Shown here in pieces: positions 1 through 10,652 of a DNA stretch of 64,000 nucleotides (positions within the stretch are counted from its first letter, which is position 1; each line of letters begins with the position of its first letter). The notes under the pieces were generated by a model, which did not search any database, was not told the origin of the DNA, and worked only from the letters and a program-made list of their open reading frames with translations. The translations under genes were made by a program, and so were the position numbers. Source of the stretch: an uncultured bacterium (lineage in GTDB: Bacteria; Chloroflexota; UBA5177; JANWHV01); the NCBI GenBank assembly GCA_963729625.1, contig CAVSOU010000007.1, positions 128,001 to 192,000 on the forward strand, in the 5' to 3' direction.

Positions 1-509
1 GCTTGGGTCAAACGCCAACCAACGTGACGTCGCGTAGCGGGAAGGCCGCGCCCGAGCGCAAGCCGTCGTTCCCAGAGGGCGGTCGTGATCCGCGGCACGA
101 GCAGCCGTCGAAGCAACGCCCGCTCGAGAGAGGGCATGACAATCGCACCTGGTACTTCGCCATCGCGAATACCGCCCGCGCTGACGATCGCGACGAGCGG
201 AACTCCCGAGAACGCAGTTCTCGCCGCAGCAAGGAGCTCTTCGGTCGCGTGGATCGCGAGTATCAGCTCGGGCTTGGCCGCATCCGCCGGACCCGGTTGA
301 CCGGGCACATGCCGCCAAATGTGGAGCCTGGAGTCGGCTGGCACGTCGCCGCCGCCGCGCAGAAAGTCTACGATGCGCTCGGCGGATTCCGAATCGCCCA
401 CGACCACAATGCTCAGCTGCCGGCGCGCATCCTCCACCATCTTCTTGAAATCAAGGGTCGGAAGCGCGTCAAGGAACGCTTTGGCAACTGCCCCGGGTGC
501 GTCACTCAC
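1..509 (-). CDS. Partial hypothetical protein running off the left edge, possibly DUF697/YcjF-like
   Basis: Open frame from GTG at 509 (VSDAPGAVAKAFLDALPTLDFKKMVEDARRQLSIVVVGD...ERRLALGRGLPATRRHV) with no stop before position 1; not in the ORF track because it is incomplete. Family call is from recalled similarity. Confidence 0.6.
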   Translation of the reverse strand, partial: MSDAPGAVAKAFLDALPTLDFKKMVEDARRQLSIVVVGDSESAERIVDFLRGGGDVPADSRLHIWRHVPGQPGPADAAKPELILAIHATEELLAAARTAFSGVPLVAIVSAGGIRDGEVPGAIVMPSLERALLRRLLVPRITTALWERRLALGRGLPATRRHVGWRLTQ

Positions 510-697
510 GGCTCACCATCCGGCGACTGCGTGCGCCGCGACCACACTGCCAAACGGCGTGCACGGCGTGGAAAACAACCATGCGTGTATCGCGATAGGT
601 AACGCCACGGAGAAGTTGTTCATGATTGGATCGTAGCACGCCCGCCGGTTCCCGACCGCAAGCAGGCGACCAGACCACAAAATCGGAGTTGCGCTCG

Positions 698-820
698 CTA
701 GCGGGTTCGGCGCCGCCGAGCCTCCACAACACGCACCTTTACGGGCACCGGAGCAGGCCGCTGTCGGATCCGGGAAACGACGATGACTCCCACGAGGCCC
801 ACGACAATGGTCGTAATCAT
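698..820 (-). CDS. Small 40-aa single-TM membrane protein
   Basis: GGAGA RBS 7 nt before ATG; MITTIVVGLVGVIVVS (hydrophobic) followed by basic, Pro-rich tail RIRQRPAPVPVKVRVVEARRRRTR. Confidence 0.55.
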   Translation of the reverse strand: MITTIVVGLVGVIVVSRIRQRPAPVPVKVRVVEARRRRTR

Positions 821-1040
821 GCTTGTGTCTCCATACCACACGAACAGGTCATCGCCGACCCGCCACTTCAGTGTACAGTTCCACTTGCGCAGCGGAATCA
901 CCCAAATGGCACAATATCTCCCTGCCAAATGGCCCGACTTCGCGTGACTCGCAGAGAACCAGAACGATCACCTTCGGCCCCCACTGCGTGATGGTCGATC
1001 ACGGGACTGCACGCCTCTTGACGGTGGTCTTGCCATGCAG

Positions 1041-2492
1041 CTACAAGAGCAGCTTCGCTCCCTGAGCAAGCGTGAGCACCCCGGATGGCCACACACCTAG
1101 CACGATTGTACCGACAAAACCCACGCAGACTACTGTCCAAATTGATGCCGGAACCACAAGCTGACGGCTGTGAAACGCCACATCACGGAAATACATGGCG
1201 AAAATGACTCGCAAATAATAGTATACGGACACGAGGCTCCCGAGTACCCCGATTACAGCCAGCTCGCCGTGCCCATCTTGGAGCGCGGTTTGAAACACGT
1301 AGAATTTCGCCCAGAAGCCTCCGGTGAGCGGAAAACTGGCCAGGGAAAGCATGAAAAGCGCCATCGAGCCGCCGAGCCAGGGATGGCTGAAACCCAGGCC
1401 GGCGAAATCGTCTAGAGTTGTGCGATCCTCGTCTGTACGCGCGAGCGCCGCCACGACCGCGAAAGCGCCGATGTTCATGAAGGCATAAATCGCAAAGTAG
1501 AAGAGCAAGCTCGGAACGCCATCACCTGTCTTCCCATCGCCGTGCGCGGTATACAGGGCGATCATCATGTAGCCGGCCTGCGCGATACTCGAATATGCCA
1601 GCATTCGCTTCACGTTCGTCTGCACCACAGCGGCGATGTTCCCAACCGACATCGTGAATACGGCGAGCATCCAGATCAGCGCCAGCCAATGCGGATGCAC
1701 TGATGGAAGCGCCATGACGAACAGCCGCACAAAGGCAGCGAAAGCGGCCAGCTTGGTACCAACCGACATCAGGGCCGTGATCGGCGTGGGAGCGCCTTCG
1801 TAGACATCGGGGGTCCAGGAGTGGAACGGCACGGCCGACATCTTGAACGTCAGGCCGACCACCAGCAACGCGGCGCCGGCAAGCAGGATCGGGTCGTTGC
1901 CGGGGTTGCCTTTCTTCAAAGCATCGGCGATACCTGTGAACAGGGTCGAATTGGTCGCCCCATACACCAGGGCCATCCCGTAAAGCAAGAACGCCGAGGC
2001 AAACGCGCTGAGCAAGAAGTACTTGAGCGCGGACTCCTGAGCCTTGGCGCGGGTTCGCTCAAATCCGGCCAGCACATACAGGCAGATCGAGAACGTCTCA
2101 AGGGCCAGAAAGAGCACGATCAGGCTGTTCGCCGCTGCCATCAGCATCATCCCGCTCGTAGTCCCGAGCACGAGCACGTAGTACTCGCCGAGGTTGACAT
2201 GCTGGAGACCCAGGTAGTCGACTGAAAGCACGATTGTGAGGAACGCGGCGACCAGGAAGATTCCGTCGCAGAACAAGGAGAATCCATCCAGAGCAACGCT
2301 GCCGGAAAAGCCGAGCTTGTTCGTGGAGTGCTGCACGATAACGTCGATCCCGGCGATGGTCACGCCGGCAAGACTCAGAGCAGGAAGCAGCCATCGGAGC
2401 CGCTTTGTGACATATAGGTCAGCTACGAGCACGATAATGGCGGAAAAGGCCACTATCAGCTCGGGGAGAACCACCGTAAAATCAACGGTCAC
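1041..2492 (-). CDS. nuoN: NADH-quinone oxidoreductase subunit N
   Basis: Polytopic; motifs ESALKYFLL, FKMSAVPFHSWTPDVYEGAP, KRMLAYSSIA; GTG start overlaps nuoM stop. Confidence 0.95.
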   Translation of the reverse strand: MTVDFTVVLPELIVAFSAIIVLVADLYVTKRLRWLLPALSLAGVTIAGIDVIVQHSTNKLGFSGSVALDGFSLFCDGIFLVAAFLTIVLSVDYLGLQHVNLGEYYVLVLGTTSGMMLMAAANSLIVLFLALETFSICLYVLAGFERTRAKAQESALKYFLLSAFASAFLLYGMALVYGATNSTLFTGIADALKKGNPGNDPILLAGAALLVVGLTFKMSAVPFHSWTPDVYEGAPTPITALMSVGTKLAAFAAFVRLFVMALPSVHPHWLALIWMLAVFTMSVGNIAAVVQTNVKRMLAYSSIAQAGYMMIALYTAHGDGKTGDGVPSLLFYFAIYAFMNIGAFAVVAALARTDEDRTTLDDFAGLGFSHPWLGGSMALFMLSLASFPLTGGFWAKFYVFQTALQDGHGELAVIGVLGSLVSVYYYLRVIFAMYFRDVAFHSRQLVVPASIWTVVCVGFVGTIVLGVWPSGVLTLAQGAKLLL

Positions 2493-3988
2493 GGATGACC
2501 TCCGACCACTGTCACTACGTACTGGACCGACTGCCACGCCGGATCGAGCCAGCCACTGGGGACCACTCCAATCCAAACGATCAGCGCAATGAGCGGTAAC
2601 AGAGCCACATACTGTCCAAGCGACATCTCGGACCACCATGCGGCGACAGTGCCCGACTGCGCCGCCGAAGGCCCTGCGAGCCCTGCCTCGCCGATCGGAC
2701 CATGCATCACACCCTGGAAAAGACGCAGCATGTATGCGGCCGCCAGAACGACGCCGATCGTGCCGACGACGGCATCGGCGGCGTTGGCCTGAAAGGTACC
2801 CGCCAGAATGAGAAACTCGCCAACGAAACCATTCAGGCCGGGCAATCCCAGGGATGACAACGTAACCACCATGAATGCGGCAGCGATGATCGGCGCCTTG
2901 GTCGCCAAGCCACCGAGCTTAGCGATATCCGTGGTGCCCCAGCGAGCGGCGATAATGCCGACTATCGCGAACAAGGCCCCGATGGTGATGCCGTGGTTGA
3001 GCGCCTGCAGCGTAGCGCCCTGAATTCCCAGCGTCGTAAGGCTGAAGATGCCCAGCGTGATAAAGCCCAGGTGAGCAATGCTGCTGCACGCCACCAGACG
3101 CCGAATGTCTGTCTGCGCCAGCGCAAGCAGCGCACCGTAGATGATGCCTATTACCGCCAGCACCATGATAGTCGGTGCAAAGTAGCGTGATGCCGTGGGA
3201 AACAGCGGCAGGCAGAAGCGCAGGAATCCATAGATTCCCATCTTGCTGAGCACGCCGGCGACGATCACGGCGGTCGGAGGCGCCGACTCCGCATAGACGT
3301 CAGGCACCCAGCTATGGAACGGAAACACCGCCGCCTTGATGCCAAACGCGAGTGCGAAGACGAGAAATACTGCCTTTTCCATATCGCCGGTCAGCGGGTG
3401 CGCCGACAGAGCCAGCAGATCGAAGCTATGAACCGAGCTCTCGACATAGAGCATGAGGATGCCGACAAGCATCAACAGGCTGCCGGCCATCGTATAGATC
3501 ACATACTTAAACGCAGCGTATACACGGCGATCGCCGCCCCATGCGCCAATCATGAAGTATGCCGGGATAAGCACCGCCTCCCAGTAGAGGTAGAACACAA
3601 CCAGGTCGAGCGCGAGGAAGACGCCGATCAGCGCGCCCTCCAGTAGCAGAACCAATCCAAGGTACGTGCTGAGGCGCTCGTGGATGGTGAAGGCGGCCAC
3701 GAGAATGGTCACCGGAGTGAGAATCGATGTCAGCAGGACGAACAGCAGGCTTGTTCCGTCATAGCCAAAGTGGAGATTGATATTGAACTGCGAGATCCAC
3801 GACCCGTCCACTTCGTTGGCTCGCGACGTTATGGCGTCGCTGTGATAGCGAACGAACGCCGCGATGGCCACGCCGAGGGAAATCGCGGAGAAGCTCAGAG
3901 CGCCGCCGAGCGCGATTCGCGGAGTCACGCCCAGCAACAGGACTGCGAGCGCTCCCAGAATTGGTAGGAACAGTAAGAACTGAATCAC
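2489..3988 (-). CDS. nuoM: NADH-quinone oxidoreductase subunit M
   Basis: FYLYWEAVLIPAYF, KAAVFPFHSWVPD, LGLPGLNGFVGEF; start moved to GTG after AGAGGAG RBS. Confidence 0.95.
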   Translation of the reverse strand: MIQFLLFLPILGALAVLLLGVTPRIALGGALSFSAISLGVAIAAFVRYHSDAITSRANEVDGSWISQFNINLHFGYDGTSLLFVLLTSILTPVTILVAAFTIHERLSTYLGLVLLLEGALIGVFLALDLVVFYLYWEAVLIPAYFMIGAWGGDRRVYAAFKYVIYTMAGSLLMLVGILMLYVESSVHSFDLLALSAHPLTGDMEKAVFLVFALAFGIKAAVFPFHSWVPDVYAESAPPTAVIVAGVLSKMGIYGFLRFCLPLFPTASRYFAPTIMVLAVIGIIYGALLALAQTDIRRLVACSSIAHLGFITLGIFSLTTLGIQGATLQALNHGITIGALFAIVGIIAARWGTTDIAKLGGLATKAPIIAAAFMVVTLSSLGLPGLNGFVGEFLILAGTFQANAADAVVGTIGVVLAAAYMLRLFQGVMHGPIGEAGLAGPSAAQSGTVAAWWSEMSLGQYVALLPLIALIVWIGVVPSGWLDPAWQSVQYVVTVVGGHP

Positions 3989-3998
3989 AGCGACTCCT

Positions 3999-5918
3999 CT
4001 ACCGCTGCCCAACGGCGAGCAACACTACGAGCACGACCCCGACGACGATCGAGAGTGCGTACGCCCGAACGTAGCCGGACTCCGCCGGTCGAAGGTCATC
4101 GCTCACGTTGCGGACGCCACGCCCTACGCCATTGACCAGGCCGTCGATCACGCCGCGATCCAGCCACTGCCACGATGCGCTCGCCAACCAGTAACATGGA
4201 CGCTCGAAAACCAGCTCGTAGAGTCGATCGAAATACCACTTTTCAGTGAGGAACGTGTACAGTGGCGCCACGGAGCGCGCGGGGCTGGGGAGCGGGCCTC
4301 GCGCGTACAGCGCACGGGCAAGAAGGTACCCGATTGCAATAAGGCACAGCAGAATCACGAAAGCTCCCCACTGGAAGTTGACCTCCGCGTTCCGCGGATC
4401 GGGGAGGAAGTAGCGGCCCTTGAACGTGCCAAACACGGGATCTAGCCACTCGTGGAATGAGCCGTTGAACGGCATCTGAATGAACCCGCCGGCAAACGAA
4501 AGCGCTCCAAGCACGATCATCGGCGTCATCATGGTCGCGGGCGCCTCATGTACGTGGTCCAGCAGACGCTTCTCGACGCGTGAGCTTCCATGGAACGCGA
4601 GGTACCACAAGCGGAACATGTAAAACACCGTGAGCCCGGCAGTCACCACGCCCATTGCCCAGGGAATCACATGCCAGTCTCCCCACGCCCAGGCATGAGC
4701 GAGAATCTCGTCCTTGCTCCAGAATCCCGAAAATGGCGGAATCCCGGCAATCGCCAATACCCCGATCGTGAACAGGACATACGTGCCGGGCATCCGGCTT
4801 CTCAGGTCGCCCATCTTGCGCAGGTCCTGCTCGCCGCCGAGCGCATGAATGATGCTTCCGGCTCCCATGAAGAGCAGGGCCTTGAAAAACGCGTGTGTCA
4901 TCAAGTGGAACATGCCCGAGGCATAGGCGCCTGCGCCGACAGCCAGGAACATGTAGCCAATCTGGCTCATCGTCGAATAGGCAAGAACACGCTTGATGTC
5001 GTTCTGCACGAGCGCGATCGTCGCCGCGACAAGGGCGGTGGAAGCGCCGATGCCCGTCACGATGCCGGCAGCGACCGGCGAAAGGTCGTACAGTGCGTGG
5101 CAGCGCGCGATAAGGTAGACGCCCGCCGTCACCATTGTTGCCGCGTGGATGAGCGCGCTCACCGGCGTCGGTCCTTCCATGGCGTCGGGCAGCCAGGTGT
5201 GAAGCGGTAACTGCGCCGACTTGGCGATCGCGCCCACCAGCAGCAGCAGGCAGAGAGCCGTGACCACGTGGTCACCGCTGCCATGGGTCGCTGCTTTGGC
5301 GAAGACCCCGGCGTATGAGATGGTGCCGTACTCGCGAATCATCAGGAAGATCGCCAGCATGATGCCCACGTCGCCGATGACATTCATCACCAACGCCTTG
5401 CGAGCGGCAAGAACAGCAGTCATTCTCGTATACCAGAAACCGATCAGAAGGTAGGACGAGAGTCCCACGAGGCCCCAGCCGATGAGGAGCAGAACGAAAT
5501 TATTGGCGACCACGAGCAAGACCATGGAGAAGATGAAGAGGTTCATATAGGCAAAGAATCGCGAGAGGTCCGGATCTTCGCGCATGTAGCCGACAGAGTA
5601 GACGTGAATCAAGAATCCGACGCCGGTGACGATCAGCAGCATGACGGCTGTCAGCGGGTCGACGAGCATGCCGAAATCAATGGTCAGGTGGCCCGACGTC
5701 ACCCACGTGTAATAGGACACGTTGCCTTTGGCGAGCATCTCCTGCGGTGTATAGCTCAATAGCTGCAAGTACGCGTAGAGCGACACGAGAAAAGCCGCAC
5801 CCACCGATCCGCAGCCAACCCAGGCTACGCCAACTCTGGTGAAGCGCCGTCCGGCCGCGCCGTTGATCACAAAACCGGCCAGGGGCAGCGCAAGCAACGA
5901 CCACGCGTAGCTGTGCAT
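3999..5918 (-). CDS. nuoL: NADH-quinone oxidoreductase subunit L
   Basis: KSAQLPLHTWLPDAMEGPTPVSALIHAATMV, HAFFKALLFMGAG. Confidence 0.97.
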   Translation of the reverse strand: MHSYAWSLLALPLAGFVINGAAGRRFTRVGVAWVGCGSVGAAFLVSLYAYLQLLSYTPQEMLAKGNVSYYTWVTSGHLTIDFGMLVDPLTAVMLLIVTGVGFLIHVYSVGYMREDPDLSRFFAYMNLFIFSMVLLVVANNFVLLLIGWGLVGLSSYLLIGFWYTRMTAVLAARKALVMNVIGDVGIMLAIFLMIREYGTISYAGVFAKAATHGSGDHVVTALCLLLLVGAIAKSAQLPLHTWLPDAMEGPTPVSALIHAATMVTAGVYLIARCHALYDLSPVAAGIVTGIGASTALVAATIALVQNDIKRVLAYSTMSQIGYMFLAVGAGAYASGMFHLMTHAFFKALLFMGAGSIIHALGGEQDLRKMGDLRSRMPGTYVLFTIGVLAIAGIPPFSGFWSKDEILAHAWAWGDWHVIPWAMGVVTAGLTVFYMFRLWYLAFHGSSRVEKRLLDHVHEAPATMMTPMIVLGALSFAGGFIQMPFNGSFHEWLDPVFGTFKGRYFLPDPRNAEVNFQWGAFVILLCLIAIGYLLARALYARGPLPSPARSVAPLYTFLTEKWYFDRLYELVFERPCYWLASASWQWLDRGVIDGLVNGVGRGVRNVSDDLRPAESGYVRAYALSIVVGVVLVVLLAVGQR

Positions 5919-5919
5919 A

Positions 5920-6237
5920 CTATCCCTTCATCGAATTGACAGAATCGACGTTAATGTCCTCACGCGTGCGGAAAATCGACACGATGATCGCCAGGCCGAT
6001 CACGACCTCCGCCGCTGCGACCGTCATGACAAAGAAGACAAAGATCTGACCGTCCATCGAGTGCAGGTGCCGGGACAACGCGACGAAAGTCAGGTTGACG
6101 GCATTGAGCATCATCTCGATGGACATGAAGATGATCAGCGGATCGCGCCGGATAAGCACTCCCAGCGCGCCGAGTGAGAACAATATGGCACCTACTACCA
6201 GATAGGCCGAAGTCGACACCAAGCTACCGACCCCCAA
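5920..6237 (-). CDS. nuoK: NADH-quinone oxidoreductase subunit K
   Basis: [23 protein letters not shown]; operon position. Confidence 0.95.
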   Translation of the reverse strand: MGVGSLVSTSAYLVVGAILFSLGALGVLIRRDPLIIFMSIEMMLNAVNLTFVALSRHLHSMDGQIFVFFVMTVAAAEVVIGLAIIVSIFRTREDINVDSVNSMKG

Positions 6238-6302
6238 TCATGCCCGATCTTCCCGTTCAGATATGCGACGACACACCCTGCCGATGCCAGATGTGACCGC
6301 TA

Positions 6303-6848
6303 TCAGCTGACTTTGCGCTTAGCCAGAACCACGGCTCCCAGCATTGCCAGAAGCAGGAGGAACGATGTTACCTCAAAGGGAAACAAATATGTGCTGAACA
6401 ACTGATCCGCGATCGTTTGGACGCAGCCGAGACCTCCGCCGGTGTGACCGGGGTTCGGCGCCGGGCAGGATCCGTCTACCGTTTGCCCTGTCGTGTTGAT
6501 CACGCCGTGAAGCACGTTCCGCCCAAGGTCGAGCGCGAGAATCGCGGCCACGGCGACCGCGAGCACGAACGCCGGGATGCGGTACCTGACAAGGGGATCG
6601 TCTCCCGGTTCATCCCTGCCAGGCGACAGCAGAGTCAAAACGAAGAGGAACAGCACCATAATTGCGCCGGCATAGACGATGATCTGCACCGCGGCGAGGA
6701 ACTGCGCATCGAGCAGGATATAGTACACAGCCAGGCATGCGAAGTTGGCAACCAAAAACAGCGCACAGTATATCGGGTTGCGCTGCAGTATCACGTTAAG
6801 TCCTGAGAAGACCGCGACAATGGTTGTTATCCAAAACGCGACTGTCAC
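6303..6848 (-). CDS. nuoJ: NADH-quinone oxidoreductase subunit J
   Basis: [36 protein letters not shown]. Confidence 0.95.
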   Translation of the reverse strand: MTVAFWITTIVAVFSGLNVILQRNPIYCALFLVANFACLAVYYILLDAQFLAAVQIIVYAGAIMVLFLFVLTLLSPGRDEPGDDPLVRYRIPAFVLAVAVAAILALDLGRNVLHGVINTTGQTVDGSCPAPNPGHTGGGLGCVQTIADQLFSTYLFPFEVTSFLLLLAMLGAVVLAKRKVS

Positions 6849-7345
6849 TTTCCTCCACCTGCCAACACTTGAGCCTTGCCAAGCTTCTCCTTCACCACGC
6901 TCGGATCAGGAACAAGCATCATCTCTTTCGTGTAGATCATGTGCGGGATATCATAGTCCGACAGCTCGTAGTCGTGCTTGAGCACGATGGCGCCGGTCGG
7001 ACAGGCTTCCTCACAGAGACCGCAGAAAATGCACCTGGCCATGTTGATTTCGTACCGTTCTGCATACCGCTCGCCCGGTGAGACCCGATGCGCGTCCGTG
7101 TTCTCGGCGGCTTCAACCAAGATGCATTCCGCCGGACATGCGCCCGCGCACAGCTCGCAGCCGATACACTTCTCCAGCCCATTGTCGTAGCGTTCAAGCA
7201 CGTGCCGGCCGCGATAGCGCGGCTTGACTCCAGGCCGCTCCTCGGGCCACTGGACCGTTACCTTCTTCTTGAACATCGTGGAGAAGGTCAGCGACATGCC
7301 TCGCGCTATCGCTAGAGTTCCCTCGATGAATGCGTTTCTGGCCAA
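6845..7345 (-). CDS. nuoI: NADH-quinone oxidoreductase subunit I
   Basis: Two 4Fe-4S motifs [12 protein letters not shown] and [12 protein letters not shown]; start moved to TTG after GGAG. Confidence 0.95.
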   Translation of the reverse strand: MARNAFIEGTLAIARGMSLTFSTMFKKKVTVQWPEERPGVKPRYRGRHVLERYDNGLEKCIGCELCAGACPAECILVEAAENTDAHRVSPGERYAERYEINMARCIFCGLCEEACPTGAIVLKHDYELSDYDIPHMIYTKEMMLVPDPSVVKEKLGKAQVLAGGGK

Positions 7346-7395
7346 GATTCGACTCCCTGTTGCGCGTCTCCACACCGGAACCTCGGGAGACTGTG

Positions 7396-8415
7396 TCAAG
7401 CGGTCAGCGCGACTACGGCCCCTGTCCCAATAATGTTGAGCAACGCCAGCGGCAACAACCACCGCCACCCAAGCGTCATCAATCGATCGTACCGAACGCG
7501 CGGTAGTGTTGCGCGAATCCAAATGAACGTGAACAGAAGAATCGCGACCTTAATCGAGAACCAGATAAGCCCCGACAGCCACGACGTGACGATCGTGAAT
7601 GGGCCCAACGGGCCACCCAGGAACAGAGTCGTCGCGAAGGAACTGACCGTGATCATGTTGATGTATTCGGCCATGAAAAACATGGCGAATCGAAAGCTGC
7701 TGTACTCTATGTGGTAGCCGGCGACCAGTTCTTGCTCAGCCTCCGCGAGATCGAATGGCGACCGATTGACCTCCGCAATCGCGGCTATGCAATACAGCAC
7801 GAAGCCCAACGGCTGCCAGAAGATGTTCGGAATATGCCTGGCCTGAAAACTGACGACGTCTGACAGACTCAACGAGCCCGTGATCACGATGACGCCGACT
7901 ACCGCCATGCTCAGCGCAATCTCGTAGGAGATTACCTGAGCCGAGGATCGTATCCCTCCAAGCAGCGAGTACTTGTTGTTCGACGCCCACCCGCCCAGAA
8001 TGATGCCATAGACTCCAAGCGAGGTCGCCGCCAGCACGTACAGGATGCCGATGTTGATGTTTGCCAGAGCACCCGATGCCGAGATGGTCGCGCCATGAAT
8101 GGTGAACGAGAAAGCCGCGGTGAATGGAATGACTGCGAACGCCACCAGCGCAACGAACAAGGAGAGCATCGGCGCCAGGGTGAATACCGGCCGGTCGGCC
8201 TGCGCCGGCACGATATCCTCCTTGAACAGTAGCTTGACACCATCCGCCAGTGGCTGAAGCAGCCCGAACGGACCGACGCGGTTGGGGCCGAGGCGAACCT
8301 GCATGAGCGCTACCACCCGACGCTCAGCGTAGGTCATGTACGCAAATCCAGTCAGCAGCGCCAAGATGATCAGAGCGGCGAGGATCAGGTCAAAGATTCC
8401 CTGCTCCCAGGTCAT
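7396..8415 (-). CDS. nuoH: NADH-quinone oxidoreductase subunit H
   Basis: [52 protein letters not shown]. Confidence 0.97.
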   Translation of the reverse strand: MTWEQGIFDLILAALIILALLTGFAYMTYAERRVVALMQVRLGPNRVGPFGLLQPLADGVKLLFKEDIVPAQADRPVFTLAPMLSLFVALVAFAVIPFTAAFSFTIHGATISASGALANINIGILYVLAATSLGVYGIILGGWASNNKYSLLGGIRSSAQVISYEIALSMAVVGVIVITGSLSLSDVVSFQARHIPNIFWQPLGFVLYCIAAIAEVNRSPFDLAEAEQELVAGYHIEYSSFRFAMFFMAEYINMITVSSFATTLFLGGPLGPFTIVTSWLSGLIWFSIKVAILLFTFIWIRATLPRVRYDRLMTLGWRWLLPLALLNIIGTGAVVALTA

Positions 8416-10649
8416 CGCACTCCCCCAACGGCTGCCTTCTGAACCGCTTGTTCAATCAGACCAGCCCATGACTCCAGCCCGGTCACTCTGGCGATCTCTT
8501 GCGTGACTTCCTCACTCCTAACGTAACGGAAATCTCCACCGAGCGCGCGCGCGACCTCGCACACGACACGCCAGCCTTCCCGCACATCGTCGGGCAGGGT
8601 CAGGGCGCTGTGTACGCGTTGAACTCGACCCTCGGTGTTGGTCAGCGTGCCAGGCTCCTCTCCATACGTCGCGCAAGGAAGCACGACATCGGCGCTCGCC
8701 GTTGCCGCCGACGTGCGCGATGCCTGCACGACTTTGAAGGCCTTGCTTCCAATCGCAGCCATCGCCTCGGGCACGGCATCGGCGAGCGGGTCCAGATCCA
8801 GGATGTAGAGCGCCTGGATGCCGCCTTGCGCTATTGCCGCATACAGATCGCTCTCGGTATGTCCGATCGCCGCAACCGGTTGAGAACCCCAGGCCTGACC
8901 CAGCTTGGCGGCGGAAGCGGAGTCCGACGGTGTCGCGCCACCCGCAAGCCACTCGCCGTGCGCACCCATTTCAGTGGCGCCCCGTGTGTTTGCACCAGCG
9001 GCCAGGGCCAGAGGCAGCGCGGCGCCGCCGCCCTCAAGCAAAGGCGCGATCCGGCTGGACAATGCTTGCAGTGTCGCCAGCAGGTCCCTATCGTTTCGTC
9101 CTTGCATCAGCCGCTCGTCATACAGCACGACACCATTCCTGGCGTGTCGAAGCACAGCAACCGCCTGGTCAAAGGGATTGGGCGTTTCCGCGGCAGGTAG
9201 CGAGGCTGCGCTCTTGGCCGCGCCGATCGATGCAGCCTCCGAGTTCGGCGGGGTTATCTGGACACCACCGACCATGTCGCCCGCCGCCGCCGCAGCCGGA
9301 GGAGCACCCGGAGGATCACCGGGGTCGGCGTCCGCCTCGTGGAGCAGTGACAGCAGCGTGTATATGCTCTCAGCCGGATTCCCCGCGTTAAGAGGAGCTT
9401 TCGCAGTGCAAAGATAATCCAGACCGGTTTTCTCGGCGGAAAGGATAACCAGCGGCACTTCGCGGCGTTTGCCCTGCTTCTTGATCCGAAGGTCCAGAAC
9501 GTGCTGTCGAGCGACAGGATCCGCATCTACCAGTACAATCGCGTCGGCAGTCTCTAGGCTCGCAATGGCGCCACCGCCAAGAACCGCGGTCGGGGCCGGT
9601 GAACACCGCGGCACAAGCATGTTCGCCGAGCGCAGTACCGACCGGAAGAGCCGACCAAGCAGGTAGTACTCCTCGTTGGTCGCTCTTGGGCCGGCAAGAG
9701 CCGCCACGCCGGCAGGTCCGGCCTGACGCAGGCCCTGGGCAGCGGCCCGCAGCGCCTCCTCCCAAGAAGCTTCAACAAGCCTGCCGTTCCTGCGAATCAG
9801 CGGCGATGTGATGCGCTCGCCAAGACGCAGCCTCTCCAGCGTGCCGTACCGGCCCACATCGCACAACCAGCCGTCATCGACGTCCAGGTTCTCGCGAATC
9901 ATCAGGCGCATCAGCGCATTTCGGCGTGTGTCGAGCCGCACATTGCAGCCGACCGCGCACCCAGGGCAGACGCTTGGCGTGTGCTCGAGGTCCCAGGGGC
10001 GAGCGCGGAAGCGGTATTCGCGGCTGGTCAGCGCGCCGACAGGGCACAGCTCCGTGGTGTTTCCTGCAAAGATGGAGTCGAACGGGCGGTCTGGGAAGAC
10101 ATTCACTTCCGTCTTCCCGCCTCGATTCATGAGCACAAGCTGCGGATCGTCGGCAACGTCTTCCATGTACCGCACGCAAAGCTGGCAGACAATGCAACGC
10201 TCGCGGTCGAGCACGATTCGTGGCCCAATCGCCAGGTGCTTCTCGAAGTGTCGTTTCTCCTCGGTATATCTGCTCTTCCCGGGTCCGTACTTGAACGTCA
10301 AATTCTGCAGAGGGCACTCACCGCCCTTGTCGCAAATCGGGCAATCGAGGGGGTGATTGATCAGCAGGAACTCAAGGATACCCTGCTGCGTTTTCACCAC
10401 CTCTGGCGTTACCGTATGCACGACCATTCCTGGCGCAACCGGCGTCGCGCACGCAGGAGGAAAACCCTTCGTTCGCTCCACGGCCACCAGGCACATCCGG
10501 CACGCTCCCAGTGGCGCCATCTTCTTGCTGTAACAGAATGTCGGAATCTCTATTCCAAGTTTCTCGGCAGCATGCAGAATCGTCGTTCCGGGCGGGACAG
10601 AAACCTCGCGGCCGTCGATTGTCAGCGTGACAGGGTTCTGCTGTTGCAT
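8412..10649 (-). CDS. nuoG: NADH-quinone oxidoreductase subunit G
   Basis: GACRMCLV, HPLDCPICDKGGECPLQ, CIVCQLCVR and N7-type CPGCAVGC...C, then molybdopterin-oxidoreductase-like C-terminus. Confidence 0.95.
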   Translation of the reverse strand: MQQQNPVTLTIDGREVSVPPGTTILHAAEKLGIEIPTFCYSKKMAPLGACRMCLVAVERTKGFPPACATPVAPGMVVHTVTPEVVKTQQGILEFLLINHPLDCPICDKGGECPLQNLTFKYGPGKSRYTEEKRHFEKHLAIGPRIVLDRERCIVCQLCVRYMEDVADDPQLVLMNRGGKTEVNVFPDRPFDSIFAGNTTELCPVGALTSREYRFRARPWDLEHTPSVCPGCAVGCNVRLDTRRNALMRLMIRENLDVDDGWLCDVGRYGTLERLRLGERITSPLIRRNGRLVEASWEEALRAAAQGLRQAGPAGVAALAGPRATNEEYYLLGRLFRSVLRSANMLVPRCSPAPTAVLGGGAIASLETADAIVLVDADPVARQHVLDLRIKKQGKRREVPLVILSAEKTGLDYLCTAKAPLNAGNPAESIYTLLSLLHEADADPGDPPGAPPAAAAAGDMVGGVQITPPNSEAASIGAAKSAASLPAAETPNPFDQAVAVLRHARNGVVLYDERLMQGRNDRDLLATLQALSSRIAPLLEGGGAALPLALAAGANTRGATEMGAHGEWLAGGATPSDSASAAKLGQAWGSQPVAAIGHTESDLYAAIAQGGIQALYILDLDPLADAVPEAMAAIGSKAFKVVQASRTSAATASADVVLPCATYGEEPGTLTNTEGRVQRVHSALTLPDDVREGWRVVCEVARALGGDFRYVRSEEVTQEIARVTGLESWAGLIEQAVQKAAVGGVR

Positions 10650-10652
10650 GCT

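Noticed and set aside
513-623. 36-aa ORF MNNFSVALP... ending next to the DUF697-like start
   Set aside because: No RBS or recognisable motif; cannot be supported.
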